This document shows, piece by piece, positions 13,901 to 25,689 of a DNA stretch of 64,000 nucleotides; position 1 is the stretch's first letter, and every line of letters begins with the position of its first letter. The notes beneath the pieces are model-generated. The model did no database searches. It saw nothing but the letters and a program-made list of their open reading frames with translations, and was not told the DNA's origin. The stretch is from Zygnema circumcarinatum SAG 698-1b (lineage: Eukaryota > Plantae > Zygnematophyceae), in NCBI GenBank assembly GCA_037447605.1, contig CM074804.1, positions 3,201,909-3,265,908 of the forward strand, in the 5' to 3' direction. The translations under genes and the position numbers were made by a program.

Positions 13901-15865
13901 GGAAAATAGGCAGGCCTGCTAGTGCTGCACTCCCAATTTGTAGCGCGGCTTCCTTGGTGACTTGCCCTGACCAGCCAATTTCAAGCATCAGAGATGCTAA
14001 AACTAACACATGTTCATGCCAGCAGGTACATCTCCCAGCTAAGCTCACTGCTTACCTACCACAGGGCTGGTCCGGTGGCACAAGCGGGGGCAACTTTGAG
14101 AGCCAGTGGGCTAGCCCGACATCACGCAACAGTCCCTCCGCATAGCTCCCTGCACCAGTTTTCAGCTCACCATCAGCTTCGAGATATGACGTTGCATGCA
14201 GACAGGCGAAGCACAGTGAGTTAGCACCTGGAGCAGCAATACTGGTGAGGCCTGTGGTCGAAGCGGTTGTAGCATCACTGACCCAGCAGTCGCACATTCG
14301 ACCCACTACATAGTCATGTCTGTAACAGACCAAGACCACCAAGGACGGTGTATAGTCAATGACGGCTTTTCTGCTGCCTGGCAACTCTATCTGGGCAATG
14401 ACAGGGGGCAGCGCAGCCTACCCGCCCATGAGCAGGTGCCTGCAGGAGCCAGCGGCGTCAGGATAATGACGGTCGAGCCATCTGAGTTTCGCCAGTAAAC
14501 TGCACCATTGACTCCCAAAGCCGCAATAAATGCATAGACATCTAAATGTTCGCTCGCCCAGTAATAGGCAACTGCTGACACTATTGCTTGACAACAAATT
14601 CAACTGGAACAAGAAGATTCTCACATACGCAATATGTTTCCTTACTTGACATCAATCTGCTGACAGTACACGAAGGTCAACACACCTGGTCGGGCCCTGC
14701 TGCATGCCAGTTACTTGCGCCAGACGCTGCGCTCCTCCTGCCAGACGCTCCACCTGCAGTGCTTGTCAAGTTTGCTGAAAAACACACAGCCAGAAGATGA
14801 AAAGAAAACTAGGAAATAAAAAATAATTGCACCTCCTCAGCCTCCAAAACTGCCCGTGCATCCGAATAAAGGATGACTGGAGGTGGATGCGAATGAACAT
14901 CCTGCATTTGGAACCACAAAGCAAGGGCATTACTGTTAGTATCGGAGTTGGTGAACGAAAGGACACTGTAGAATAAACGCATCCATAAAGTGAGAAGCAC
15001 ATTATTGCATTTACAGCACTCAGGCTAAGTCTATAGCAAGCCATTCCTCCCGTTGGCACGTAGGTCCATTATAAAGACCGTTAGTCCAATACAATATACT
15101 TTTTCGAATCTCACAAATGCTTTTTTACTGAAAAAAATTGGACTTAAATCTAATCGACATACTTTGTTTTGTTGCTTTCAAAACAAATTTGTTTCAACAA
15201 TTTGAAGTTTCGGGCAAAGCATGCCCGTTAAGGGCGTCAAATCAAACTTCTCGAAGTTAGAATAGTTGCAGAAAATTCAGAGTTAGCTTTTTCAGCAAGA
15301 TCCTTATTTGCGAATGGATGAAACTTTGAGGTGAGACGACATGCTAACGACAAACTTATTGTTTTGTTCGACAATGTCTAGTTGAAATCGATAAGAATGA
15401 TAGGTTGGCCGCACTTGGCCGCGGTTGGTCGAATCTGCATACCTGAGGCAATAAAATAACATCCTGCATTTGTCCTGTTACGCTGATGGCACAAATTTTA
15501 ATGGATTTTGCAGAAGAAGAGCTCAAACAAATTCGAATTGTTTGCACTGCCGCATTCCACCATGCCATTGCATCCGCCTCATGCTCCACTGTGGTGGATC
15601 CATTATACGCAGCAAAAGCTGTCTTCAAAACAGTTCCTGTAGAAGACACCAAAGCAGCTTTAGTGCCTCCTGTGCCTATGTCTAGAGCTAGCACAGCATC
15701 TGCACTTGCTTGCACACCAGGCCATGCTCTACGACTCTTCCTCGAATCCAGCCCCAAAGGGCCTAGCTGCTGTGTAGGTCGCAAAAGGTCGTAGCGAATG
15801 CTGGAAGCTGCAGAGGAGATGGAGCCAGCTCCAGGGAGCAGCGAGGCAGTAGTGCATGTCGCCAT
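10964..15865 (-). CDS. FGGY-family carbohydrate kinase (xylulokinase-like) with a probable plastid transit peptide, multi-exon
   Basis: Ser/Ala-rich N-terminus, then VLALDIGTGGTKAALV (ATP-binding motif), ISVTGQMQD, DYVVGRMCDCWVSDATTASTTGL, GAGVVGPQYSYVGTSG, RSPLWPEIMANVF, and terminal ELVDTYDELFSIY...RKHLQH* (stop 10964-10966). Substrate not determinable. Confidence 0.85.
13768..13822. repeat. (CT)n microsatellite in a kinase intron
   Basis: About 55 bp of interrupted CT dinucleotide repeat. Confidence 0.95.
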
Positions 15866-16101
15866 GGCTGCCTGCAGGGAGCTTAGGGTCAGAGCTTAGA
15901 GCTTAGGCTGGCTGCCTGAATGAGCGCTGAACGGTTCCACAAGCGTTCCGTGAAAGTTCTTCACAGCGCACACTTCGTCGCCTTTTGCCTTTGCCCCCTC
16001 ACATTTCTCCACAGAAAATTCGGAAAGTGCCGCATACGATACCGCACTATCCCGCGTTATTACAGAGAAGAAGAGTTCTGGAGACGAGTTAAGCCATCGG
16101 A

Positions 16102-19100
16102 ATGGCTGCTGCTGCCCACAAGGCTACAGTCTGCGAGATAAACCGACGGCTCGGTAAGTGTTTCTGAGAGTGGAAGCGCCTGCAAGTATAGACTTGCGGA
16201 TAAGAGTTTGCAAGTTGTAGGTTTGCGACTTACTGTTATTGAATGCGATTGTGTGCAGGTAGCAGCAAGGGAGAAGACGATCGTGCAGCTCAAGATGAGT
16301 ATAGGAGATACTTGGTAAGCTGTGTGCTTTTGTGACTGAAGGAGCTCTTCGCGTCGCTTGGTCATAGCTGACATGAAAGATATGTCTTGCAGGGTCAAGT
16401 TTACCCTATCGTTCCCCTCAGTCAAGGTTTTCCAATAGAGAGCTGTCCTTTCATCGATGTACAAGGGAACTTCTCAGTTGCTCCACTTGCAAGCAGCAGC
16501 CCGGCTGGCCAGGGATGCGAAGCTCAAGCAGTAACGAGCACTCTGAGTAATGTTCTGTCGAAGGTGGCCAACCTCCTGCGCTTCAACACGATCAGTGCAA
16601 AGGTAAGGCTCAAGTGCAGCAGTGCCGGAGGGCTTTTTATCTGAAACATCATGCATTGCTAGCTTGAACGCATAGGAGGGTGAACCTCAAATGTAACTGA
16701 AGAGCAAGATGCTGTTGGGACGCAATGCAGGTAGAAAATGAGCCAAAGACATTTGAAGGCCTTGCTTGGCATCGGCATCGAGAAGAATTGGCTGTCGCAG
16801 TGGATGACAGCCGCATTCTCCTTTTCCGTTTTTTCACCAAACGTATGTTGCATTTTTGTCTCGAAGCTCGCTGATTAGTCTCAGGTCAACTAGCATTCCT
16901 CCGCAGATGCTGGGACTTTGTTTTTATTAGGCTAAGCCTTCCCTGACTTTAGCGCTGTGCCATTGCATTTGAATGTGGATATTTGGTCCCTTTTGAAACA
17001 GCCTGTTGGAATTGGTGGAGTTACTAGCCTCACTTGGTGGGACGCTACAATTTTTTATGTTCTTCAGAGAGCGTGATCCACTACCACAAATGAGTACAGG
17101 CAGCTGAGAAATCCTCAACGCTGCCAATAAAAGTAATGACAAATTGGTGGGAAAAATTGTGAAGTGCAGCTTATGCTCCCAAGTATCTGGTCCACGAGCT
17201 TCAGCGCTCTATTGCAGCACTTGCGTGGCGTCCCAACTGCAGCTCCGATCTTGCAGTTGCTTGCAGGTTGTGTTACTGAGTCGCCTTTACATTTGTAGCT
17301 TATATGTGAATTCAACGAACTTAAAGATTATGAGGAGTGTGCTTGCTTTTTATTCACCTGAGGCACCTATGTCCTTTTGTTCTTCTCCATTGTTTGTCCG
17401 CGTCAATGACCTCCCTCGTCTTGCAGGAATGGAGTCTGCCTTTGGAAAATAAATCCGGCCAAGGAAGGCAGCAAGACGGAACCGTCAGGCCTGGTGGAGG
17501 CTGAGATGCGTTTTTTTCCAATGGCTAAAGTAGGCGGAGTGACAGCGCTGTCGTGGAGCCCCTGTGGCAGATATGCACCCTGGCCATAGCTGTGGTATTG
17601 CCTTAAGCTGCTGCCAAATATGCTGATTGCCATCGTTGAGATGCTTCCAAAGGTGCTGATTAGCTTTGGTTCAGGCTTCGCGTTCTGGAGTGGTGGCACG
17701 CTGCTTGCATCCGCTTCTCGAGGCAGTGGAGGGGTCATCATCTGGGATGTCGCACTAGGTATGCTCTCAAGCCGCTTTCCCATTCTGTGTCTCGAATAAT
17801 TTGGAGCACAGTGGCTGGTCTTCCCGCAAGTTTCAGATTGTTTTGGGTGTGATTATGTGTCGCAACTTGATAGTCTGCACGCCAACAGTCTGCCTAACTG
17901 CGATATCTTTTATTGTTTGACGGGAAGCACGGACGAGAAATTCTTGACCAGTCACTGGTTGAGTCTGCTCACATCAAACTTGCAGTCTTGAAGTCAAGTG
18001 AAATCTCAACACTATTGTAATGTCCCCACAGGAGTGAGCACGTCTCTCAGCAGTGACTCCAACGGCTCTGTGCTCCTAGAGTGGTCCCCCACAGGCGATC
18101 ATCTTCTTTGTGCAAAAAGGTGCGTTGGTAGCCACCATGGCCAATTCTTGCTTTGCTTGCACGGGCAACTCAATTGGCAGTTCTTGCTGATCAGTTGCTC
18201 GAATGCTTTGTCTTCACAAACCTTTTGGGATGTGGCTTTGGGAAGCAGAGGCGGTCGTTTTTACGTATGGGAGACTCGTACTTGGAACTATTGGGGTTCC
18301 ATCGGTCCACCGATGCTGGTGTGTCCTCAACTCTGCCCATTCGCTGGCATGCTTTGAGGGCATTTCATATTTGATAACCTGTCATTGGATAATCCCTTTG
18401 TTGACAGAGAAGTTGGGCTGTGGGATAATGCACAGAGTGCACAATGGGCTCCTGATGGCCGCGCGATTCTGGCGGTGTTCGAAGAGAGAAATACCTTGAC
18501 AGAAATCCCAGTTTCTGCTACCAGTGATTCTGGTGGGTTGCGTCGTCTTCCATCCCAACATCCATGACTAGAGAATATGATTTCTAGCTTGCCCATCTCC
18601 TTGAGTCTTTTGGTTTTTTCAGTACGCTTTTCTTTTATTTTAGAAACGATCAAAGTGGATAACAATCCTCATTATGTACTGCATAACTTGGATAAGTTAT
18701 TACATCATGAAATAAGAAACACCTTGCACCCTGCACCCCTTGATCATCGTACAGCTGACAGTACTTACTGGAATGAGATGAGGCTTCTAAAGTGGTGTGA
18801 GGGCTGCTTTCAGGGGCTGTGGAAATAGACTTTGAATTTCCAGGCCTCAGGGATATGCTTTCGGAGCCGGTCACGGACAGGTACATCTACAGCATGCAGT
18901 TATTATGTGAAAAAAGTAGTTGGAATAAATTAGCACCGTAACTTACCTTGATCGTGTGCGCCATTTGACTCTTCTAGTTTCTGGCATGCCATAGTGAGTT
19001 GATCCTCCTTCAATCTGCCAGTACAGTAAGCTTGCTTTTGGCTTCTTATGTTTAAGAAACAACCTGTATGTCTTAGTACATTGCCGTGCTGCAGGTTGAC

Positions 19101-19942
19101 CCACGTGGGCGTTTGCAGACGATGGTGTTGAAATGATGGCTTCGCGTGATTGTCATTAGCTGGAGGAACAGATTCAGTATTATAAGTGAAGGTTAGAAGT
19201 ATGTTTGAATCAAGGAGCGCGCTTGTGCAGTAGAATGTAGATTGTGCAGAGGAGGGGTGTTTAAGGATAAAAATCGAAAGACTGCATTCAAAGACTGTTT
19301 CGGTTTTGTTTCAGGGGGGAGGGAGGAGGTCAGACGTCAGTCAGCCCGGAGGTCGAGGGTGCTGCATCGAACGGCTCAGGAGAGCGGCTTGTTGTTGCCT
19401 GTAATGGGAAGCTGGTGCTCTACGACATGTCTTTTGCACCCATTCTTCAACTAGCAAAAATGTAAGGCACTTTTCCTCTCTACAATGCCGGTAATCCTAG
19501 TCCCACACATTCCACTGCAGCTCAAGCAAGGACGTACGTAGGATACGTAGGATGTGTTCTCCTTTTATTTGCTACTCAACGCTTGTAATCCCACTGACTG
19601 ACTTTTCTCTTGAGCCGGTTTGATGCCAGTGGTTTGCTGAACGGCCCGAAACCAGAATCAAAGCCTCGTGCTTTCAGCTTCTATTCCAACATTTCAAGAG
19701 GCACTCTCCTTGCGGTGGTTAGCTCGTTGCACCCGCCCTCTTTCCGCTTTTCAATGTAGGGAAAGTAATTAGCGGTCACAGGCCCTCGACTCGTGGGACA
19801 TACGTGGGATTTGCAGGAAGCATCACATAGATGACATCATCCTTCTTCTGGATTAGAGCTAACGTTTAAATGTTCTGGCATCATCTTTTTCCAGAAATGG
19901 AGTACGGGCGAATGTTGTGTGTATCCGCTGATCTTCCATTAA
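16102..19942 (+). CDS. AAAS: ALADIN (AAAS) WD40 nucleoporin, multi-exon
   Basis: MAAAAHKATVCEINRRL, VTALSWSPCG, LLASAS...IWDVALG, LLEWSPTGD, FYVWETRTW, SAQWAPDGRAIL, PRAFSF...GTLLAV, and terminal exon KWSTGECCVYPLIFH* (19895-19942). These are collinear with plant ALADIN as recalled. Confidence 0.92.
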
Positions 19943-20110
19943 GCAGAGTCGCTGTGCGTTGAGGGCACCCCCTGCAGAAGCCGTTTCGTCGTGGCGGTCG
20001 ACATTCTCCAGCTGCCGCGCCATGCGGGCGGAGCTTTCGCAGGCAGGCACGCAGGCCGCCCTCGCACAGAGAGAGAGAGAGAGACAGAGAGAGAGAGACA
20101 CAAACAGGGA

Positions 20111-20208
20111 TTGTAGTTCCGACATTGTAATTTCGTCACCGTAGTTCCGCGACCGTAGTTTCGTGCCCGTAGTTGCCACACCGTAATTCCAAAACCGTAG
20201 TAGTAAGT
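20111..20208. repeat. Degenerate 14-bp minisatellite (7 units), preceded by a (GA)n tract at ~20069-20099
   Basis: Units: TTGTAGTTCCGACA, TTGTAATTTCGTCA, CCGTAGTTCCGCGA, CCGTAGTTTCGTGC, CCGTAGTTGCCACA, CCGTAATTCCAAAA, CCGTAGTAGTAAGT. Confidence 0.85.
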
Positions 20209-20295
20209 TGCCTTTTGTTTCAATGGCTTGTAGTCTCATTTGATTTGAGATTCTGAGATTTCTGAGATTGTTTTGAGATTGTTTCATTGTTTCAT

Positions 20296-20876
20296 TAGGG
20301 CGTGTCAGACTTAACAAAATGTTACGAATATCGAGTTTTTAGTATTACGAGAATCGAGGTTACTAAGTACTAAAAATCATCGCGCCCCCGAACCTAAACC
20401 GAACCGAACGAAAGTCAACTGTGCTAAGTCAACGGGTCAACGTTGCGAAGATTGACCCGTGGGGTTTACTGAAATTGCATTTCTTCGCACGATTTTGTTC
20501 GCACCCAAAAGAGGCGCCGAAATGGACGTGCGAAGAAAATACTGGCGAAAATCGCGTCAACGTGACGTCATGGTTGTTTTCCCGGCTTCCCGCCCGCGCC
20601 CGCGCCCGCCCGTGACGCGCAACACGACACACCGACAAGCGGTCTCCGCGCGCCGCGCCGGCGCTGGTTCTAAGTTTGAGGGCCCCGCGCGAGGGCGAAG
20701 TTGCGAAGACGGCGTTTGGAGAAGTGCGAAGACGGCGATCGCGGAGTGCGAACAGGACCGCGCCGCGAGTGCGAAAAACTACGCTCGAGAATTTTAGTTT
20801 TACTGACGTTGACTCGAAATGTTACGAATATCGAGTTTTTAGTATTACGAGAATTTTTTAAGTCTGACACGCCCTA
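20296..20876. mobile_element. Non-autonomous TIR element (MITE-like), 581 bp, superfamily unresolved
   Basis: Perfect 19-bp terminal inverted repeats TAGGGCGTGTCAGACTTAA (20296-20314) and TTAAGTCTGACACGCCCTA (20858-20876). No transposase ORF. Perfect internal 38-bp direct repeat at 20317-20354 and 20817-20854. Confidence 0.8.
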
Positions 20877-21933
20877 TTGTCTCTGAGCATAAGGGTAGGT
20901 CCCTTTGTCTCCCTGATCGCCCTACACGCTTGATCAAGGCCAGCCAGTGGCGAGTCGCCATGTGGCATGAGTTCGCACGTCCCTCCAAGCCCTGAGGCAC
21001 TTGGGGACGCGTGACCGTACGGTCCGTACGACTGAGGCTCGTGGTGCATGGCAGCTGCACACTCGCTACACGGTGTCCGCGATTCTTTGAGATGGCCACA
21101 GGGAGCGGACGAGATCCAGCGTGTCGTTTCGTCGAGTGCCCCTGGTAATAGGGCTGTGAAATCTTACGAACAAGAAAGTTTTGGGAGTACTCCGCAGCAG
21201 GATCGCGATTTCACCCAAGTACTCGTTCTGGTGTCAGATTTACGAGCAACTTCAAATTCTAACAACTCCAGTTTTTCGTGCCCCGGGCACGGCCGATCGC
21301 GTGCCCCGCGCATGCCCCGCGCATGCCCCGTGCCCTCGTGCCCTCGTGCCCTCAACCCTACCTAGAGGGCGGGCGGGTGGGGCAGGGCCAAGGGGGCTGT
21401 GGGGGGGGGCCTCCCTCTCGCTCCGCTCTGCTCCGCGGAACCGCTCACCAGCCCCCCGGCCCACTCGGCGCTGCGCTGCGCTCTGATCTGGCGGGTGCAA
21501 GCCTGCAGCGCGACGCTGCACTGCACTAAATATTGCTTTATTCCATGTCCATTTGGTGGCGTCGCCATCATGAGATCAATGCCCATCTTATTGCTTGCTT
21601 CCACTGTAAGTGTCCTCCATGGCATCACGAAATCATGCCACTCGTGGAAACAACGATTCTACGTGAACCAGCACAGGTGGCACATCATAGTCGAGTAAAA
21701 TAAGGCATGATCCTTGTCTTGATTCATTTTGTTTTTCCAACATAAAAAACACAGAGAATAGAGGCACTTTGTGAGGGAAAAATACTGATCCAGCTCGAAC
21801 GTCAACAAAAGACTCTCAAATCGACTCTCAAAATCGCTGTGTTCTTGTTTGATTAATAAAAATCGACTAACCTGTATCCAGTAATTCGGCAAAAAAATCG
21901 TTCAGAATGCTAATGCCTACGAATTCCGTCGAG

Positions 21934-24900
21934 TCAGAGAGTTAGCACAAATGAAGCCATCTGAGGTAGTCCACCCTCTTCATAAAGCGCAGCCAGTCGT
22001 TCTCTATACTTGTCCCACGCCACCTCCGCAGATGCCACATCAAGGAGAAACGCTGCTTGGTCCAAGGCCACCTGCAACAACCTCACAGACTCCCGTTAAT
22101 CTACTCGTCAAATCCAACAATTCAAATGAGCTTCAGGCACACACAAACAGTGGCTTTGCCTTCTTGAACGATAACCTGAGGGCTCGGAAACATAATCAAC
22201 CACCCCTCATTAAACACAACTCAGGCTCATTATTTGTATCACAATAATCAAGACGGCCATCAGTTCCACTAGATATGCTACCAAAGGGCAAAGGAGAGTT
22301 GGCTAGAGCACCATCATGACAGTACAAGCGCCTGCCTTCACGATTAACTAAGAAACAAAGTGCACAGGAAACAGAAGGCCGACGTGTGTACCTGCGCAGG
22401 ATCTTTGCCCTTTACCAGATCCAATCGACGGCCTTCATCTGACAGTCGCTCCAATGCATACTCCAACTGTGCGTCTCCCCATCCCGCAACGCATGCCACC
22501 TCCTGCATCCTCATGTTGCCCATGCGCATCACCACATGGTCACAGACTGCAACATACATGGAGAAACATACAAAATTATCAAAGCAACCTTCTTCCAGAA
22601 AAAATGCGGGAATGAAGTAAAGGGCCTGTCATCTCACCTGATACGACTTTCCGAGTGTCCACCAGGGGGACCGCAGTGCTATCCTCGCAGCATCCTTTGC
22701 TTCGCTGTCACGCCCGACTCTGCAGTCTTGCCGGAAAGTTAGAACCATTCGTAATGCAAGAGATGCAATCACGAACTTCTCCATGGAAGGGCATGCCCTC
22801 ACCTCAGCAAGAGGTCTGCGTTAAATGCAAAAGGTCGTCCAAATCCAGGAAAATGTTGCCTTGAAGCATAGAACTCTCCTGCCACCAGTGCAGACACCTG
22901 CCAGCGCGCTTGAGCAACATTAGCAGGCCTTTCATTCCACCAGTAAAAAAGAATAGGTCTAAAAACTGTTCCACTTGTAAGCTAGAAATGGGAAATAGAG
23001 AGTAACCTGATCTCCTCGTTCCAGGTGGCCATTTGCCAAGTTCTCAAACACATCTGGAAACAGGCCAACCTGCGACAAGCAGACAGACATATCCATGAGC
23101 TGCTAAATAGCAGGTCAACATTGGTAAATCCATCAATGAGCAGCTCAACAAGCATAGATATACTTGACGTAAAATAGACGTACTTTTTCCAGTCAGCTCC
23201 TATGAAAAGTGGGGCAAAAAACAAGGGAAAATAGGCAAACGCTCTTCCGTTTTCCATCCGTACAGCGTAATGCTGGATGCACAAATCCTACTTCAGGATA
23301 TCCAAGACAACAAGTATATGACCTTGGCTCACGATAGTAGACCAATTGATCATAACCGCTAAATAGTAGAAGTTTTAGTCCCGAGCAAATCTACCCTATT
23401 TCATGAAGTCATGCAAATAACACTTGGAATGCCAACCATATTTGTTGACCTAAAAGGCGGTTGATGCAATAAGCAGAATGCGCAACTCTGACTAATCAAG
23501 TACGTCCACCGCCACTTCCCCAGTTCCCCATGAGAAGCATTCAAACTCACTCGTTTCATGATGAATGTGTCCAGCTTTGGAATACCGGAAGCAGAAAATG
23601 AGCCTGTAGAGTACAATTCAGCACCGGCAGGGCCAGCAGCCTCACACAACTTCCCAGGACCTGTGGAGACATCCTCCACTGCTAGTGCCCGTGCGATAAA
23701 ATCCTCCACCTGTATTTGATTTTAACAAAAAGTTAGTAAATAGCTCGATACACACCATCTCATTAAAGCAGAACCAACTTTTTCTTCAATGCACTACTAT
23801 TGGCCCAAAGGCATTAGCGAGCGTTACGCATGCCAAGTGCTCTTACTGCAAAAGAGTATGTATGAGACTAGCTGCAACTACCATCAACTTTGAGAACTAA
23901 CATTCAATTTCTGCGAGTCAAAGTACGCACCGTCTTAGCAAGGAGCGAAACACCTGTTTTGTTCACACGCACCACAGGCATAGGCATGCTGCGGTACAAT
24001 CCAGACTAGATATCTGTCAGAGCTCATGCATCAAAGCCAAGTTGTAGACATAGGCCACATTCCAATGTATCCCAGATAAAAGCGAAAATAAACAGAGAAA
24101 ATGTCACCTTGGAGGAGCAGTTGGCCATCGTAACAACGCAGTTAGCTCGCCTGAAGGGCAATCAAATGAAACCCACTGAAAGTATTAAAATCCGCATGCC
24201 CCCCTGAAGCCCTCCTATATCACTTGAGACAACTTAGACCTAATTACGAAGTCCATGGCCAAAAATAAGGTTGGAAGTGAAGTTCCAGTTATCCTGCTGG
24301 ACGAACACACCTGACAAAAGCATTTCATCGGGAGCGGCACTCTATCACTAAATGTTGGCTTTTTCCTGTCATGCATATGGAAGCAGGTCTCAATAGATGT
24401 GCTTCCCACATACCCGAAGCATTGTCTCGTGTCAAAGGTATAACCAGCGGCAGGATGCCGGCCCGCTCAGCCGGTGGACACGCCTCCTCGCCTGCTCCCG
24501 GCCCCCTTCAGTGTACCCCCTCTAAGCCGAGCCTGTTCCTTGTCTGAATCCACCTGCGGCACAGCACAACCTTGCTCATAGTCTCACCGTGCGCCCTTCT
24601 TCAGTGTCCCACCAAGTACTCGCTGCATTGTTTCCCTCATGACCGCTTGACTGCATTACGTTCTCTAACATTGCGCCTGCTCTAATCGAATATGCTAACC
24701 AACCTTATCCTGCACCCAACGCAGTCCTCAATGATAGATGCGAATATTGCTTACCTTTAGCCTCCAAAATCTTTAAGAGGCGGGGAAGTAACACAGGCGG
24801 CTCAATTCCAGCAATGTTCCGGATAAAAGCTTCGTGCCCTGCAATACAAATAGAAGTGCTAAGAACTGTGTTCGCACAGCTCCTTGGAAATTCACAAGCA

Positions 24901-25372
24901 GCACACTTGCGTGTCAAGTTATCTGCTTGAATAAAATTCTTCGCACATTATGATGTTTTTCACAACTACGCAACATTTCAGATAGACTAATGAATGCTGA
25001 CCTTACCCGACTCTGTACTGACGCTCATGGCGGCAGTCGATGGCCTACGGAACGTCCTCTGCGCAGCTTTGCACTTCAATCCTGCAAAGCATTTTGCTCA
25101 CATTTGTTTGCTGTTACACTTTCTCAGAAGAATTACTCTTTATGTCAGCTAAACGCAACACTCACAAGAATTTGGGGTTGAAGGTCAGTGACTAACGGTG
25201 CCTGCTCAAACTCATTTGCGCTTATTTTTTACGAAAACCAAACAAGCTTGCACACACTTAACCATGTCTTACCTCGCTGAGGGTATACACGAGAAACAGA
25301 GCTAGCACCAGAGACAACACCCTGGTCGAACGCCGCGGAAATCGCACAGCCAGAAGCCGCCATGGCTGCCAT
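21934..25372 (-). CDS. PAB: Protein IN CHLOROPLAST ATPASE BIOGENESIS (PAB), multi-exon
   Basis: Exons encode GHEAFIRNIAGIEPP...LLKILEAKG, DFIARALAVED, KLDTFIMKR/VGLFPDVFENLANGHLERGDQ, HFPGFGRPFAFNA, EAKDAARIALRSPWWTLG and VALDQAAFLLDVAS...GLPQMASFVLTL*. Confidence 0.9.
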
Positions 25373-25689
25373 CGGCGACGAGCTCCTGAACAAGCTCCCT
25401 TCCTCAAGCCCTCCCTCCCTTCCTTTCCAGTGCCTCCCCTCCCCTCGCGCTGTCCCGCCCCGTACCGCTCCACTGCAGAAAACATTCAGTGAGTGCCGCA
25501 CGTGCTGGAAGGCATCGAACGGCCGATGGCCTCCTCGCACGGCCCTCGTCGAAGGTTGACCGTCCGATCGGGCAAGCCTAACCCTAGGGCTTCTGAACCT
25601 CTGTTGGAGCAATATGACCCGAGGCGACGAGGAAAGTGGTCCTTTTCTCCGCTGTGAGCTGCGGGCGAGGTAGGGGACGAGCGGCAGCC

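Noticed and set aside
19793-19811. USE-like RTCCCAC motifs (also ~7880) suggesting snRNA genes
   Set aside because: The matches are incomplete, lack a correctly spaced TATA box or snRNA body, and lie inside protein-gene introns or exons.
20111-20208. Regularly spaced repeats as a CRISPR array
   Set aside because: Units are 14 bp, degenerate and abutting with no spacers. No cas genes are present and the context is eukaryotic.
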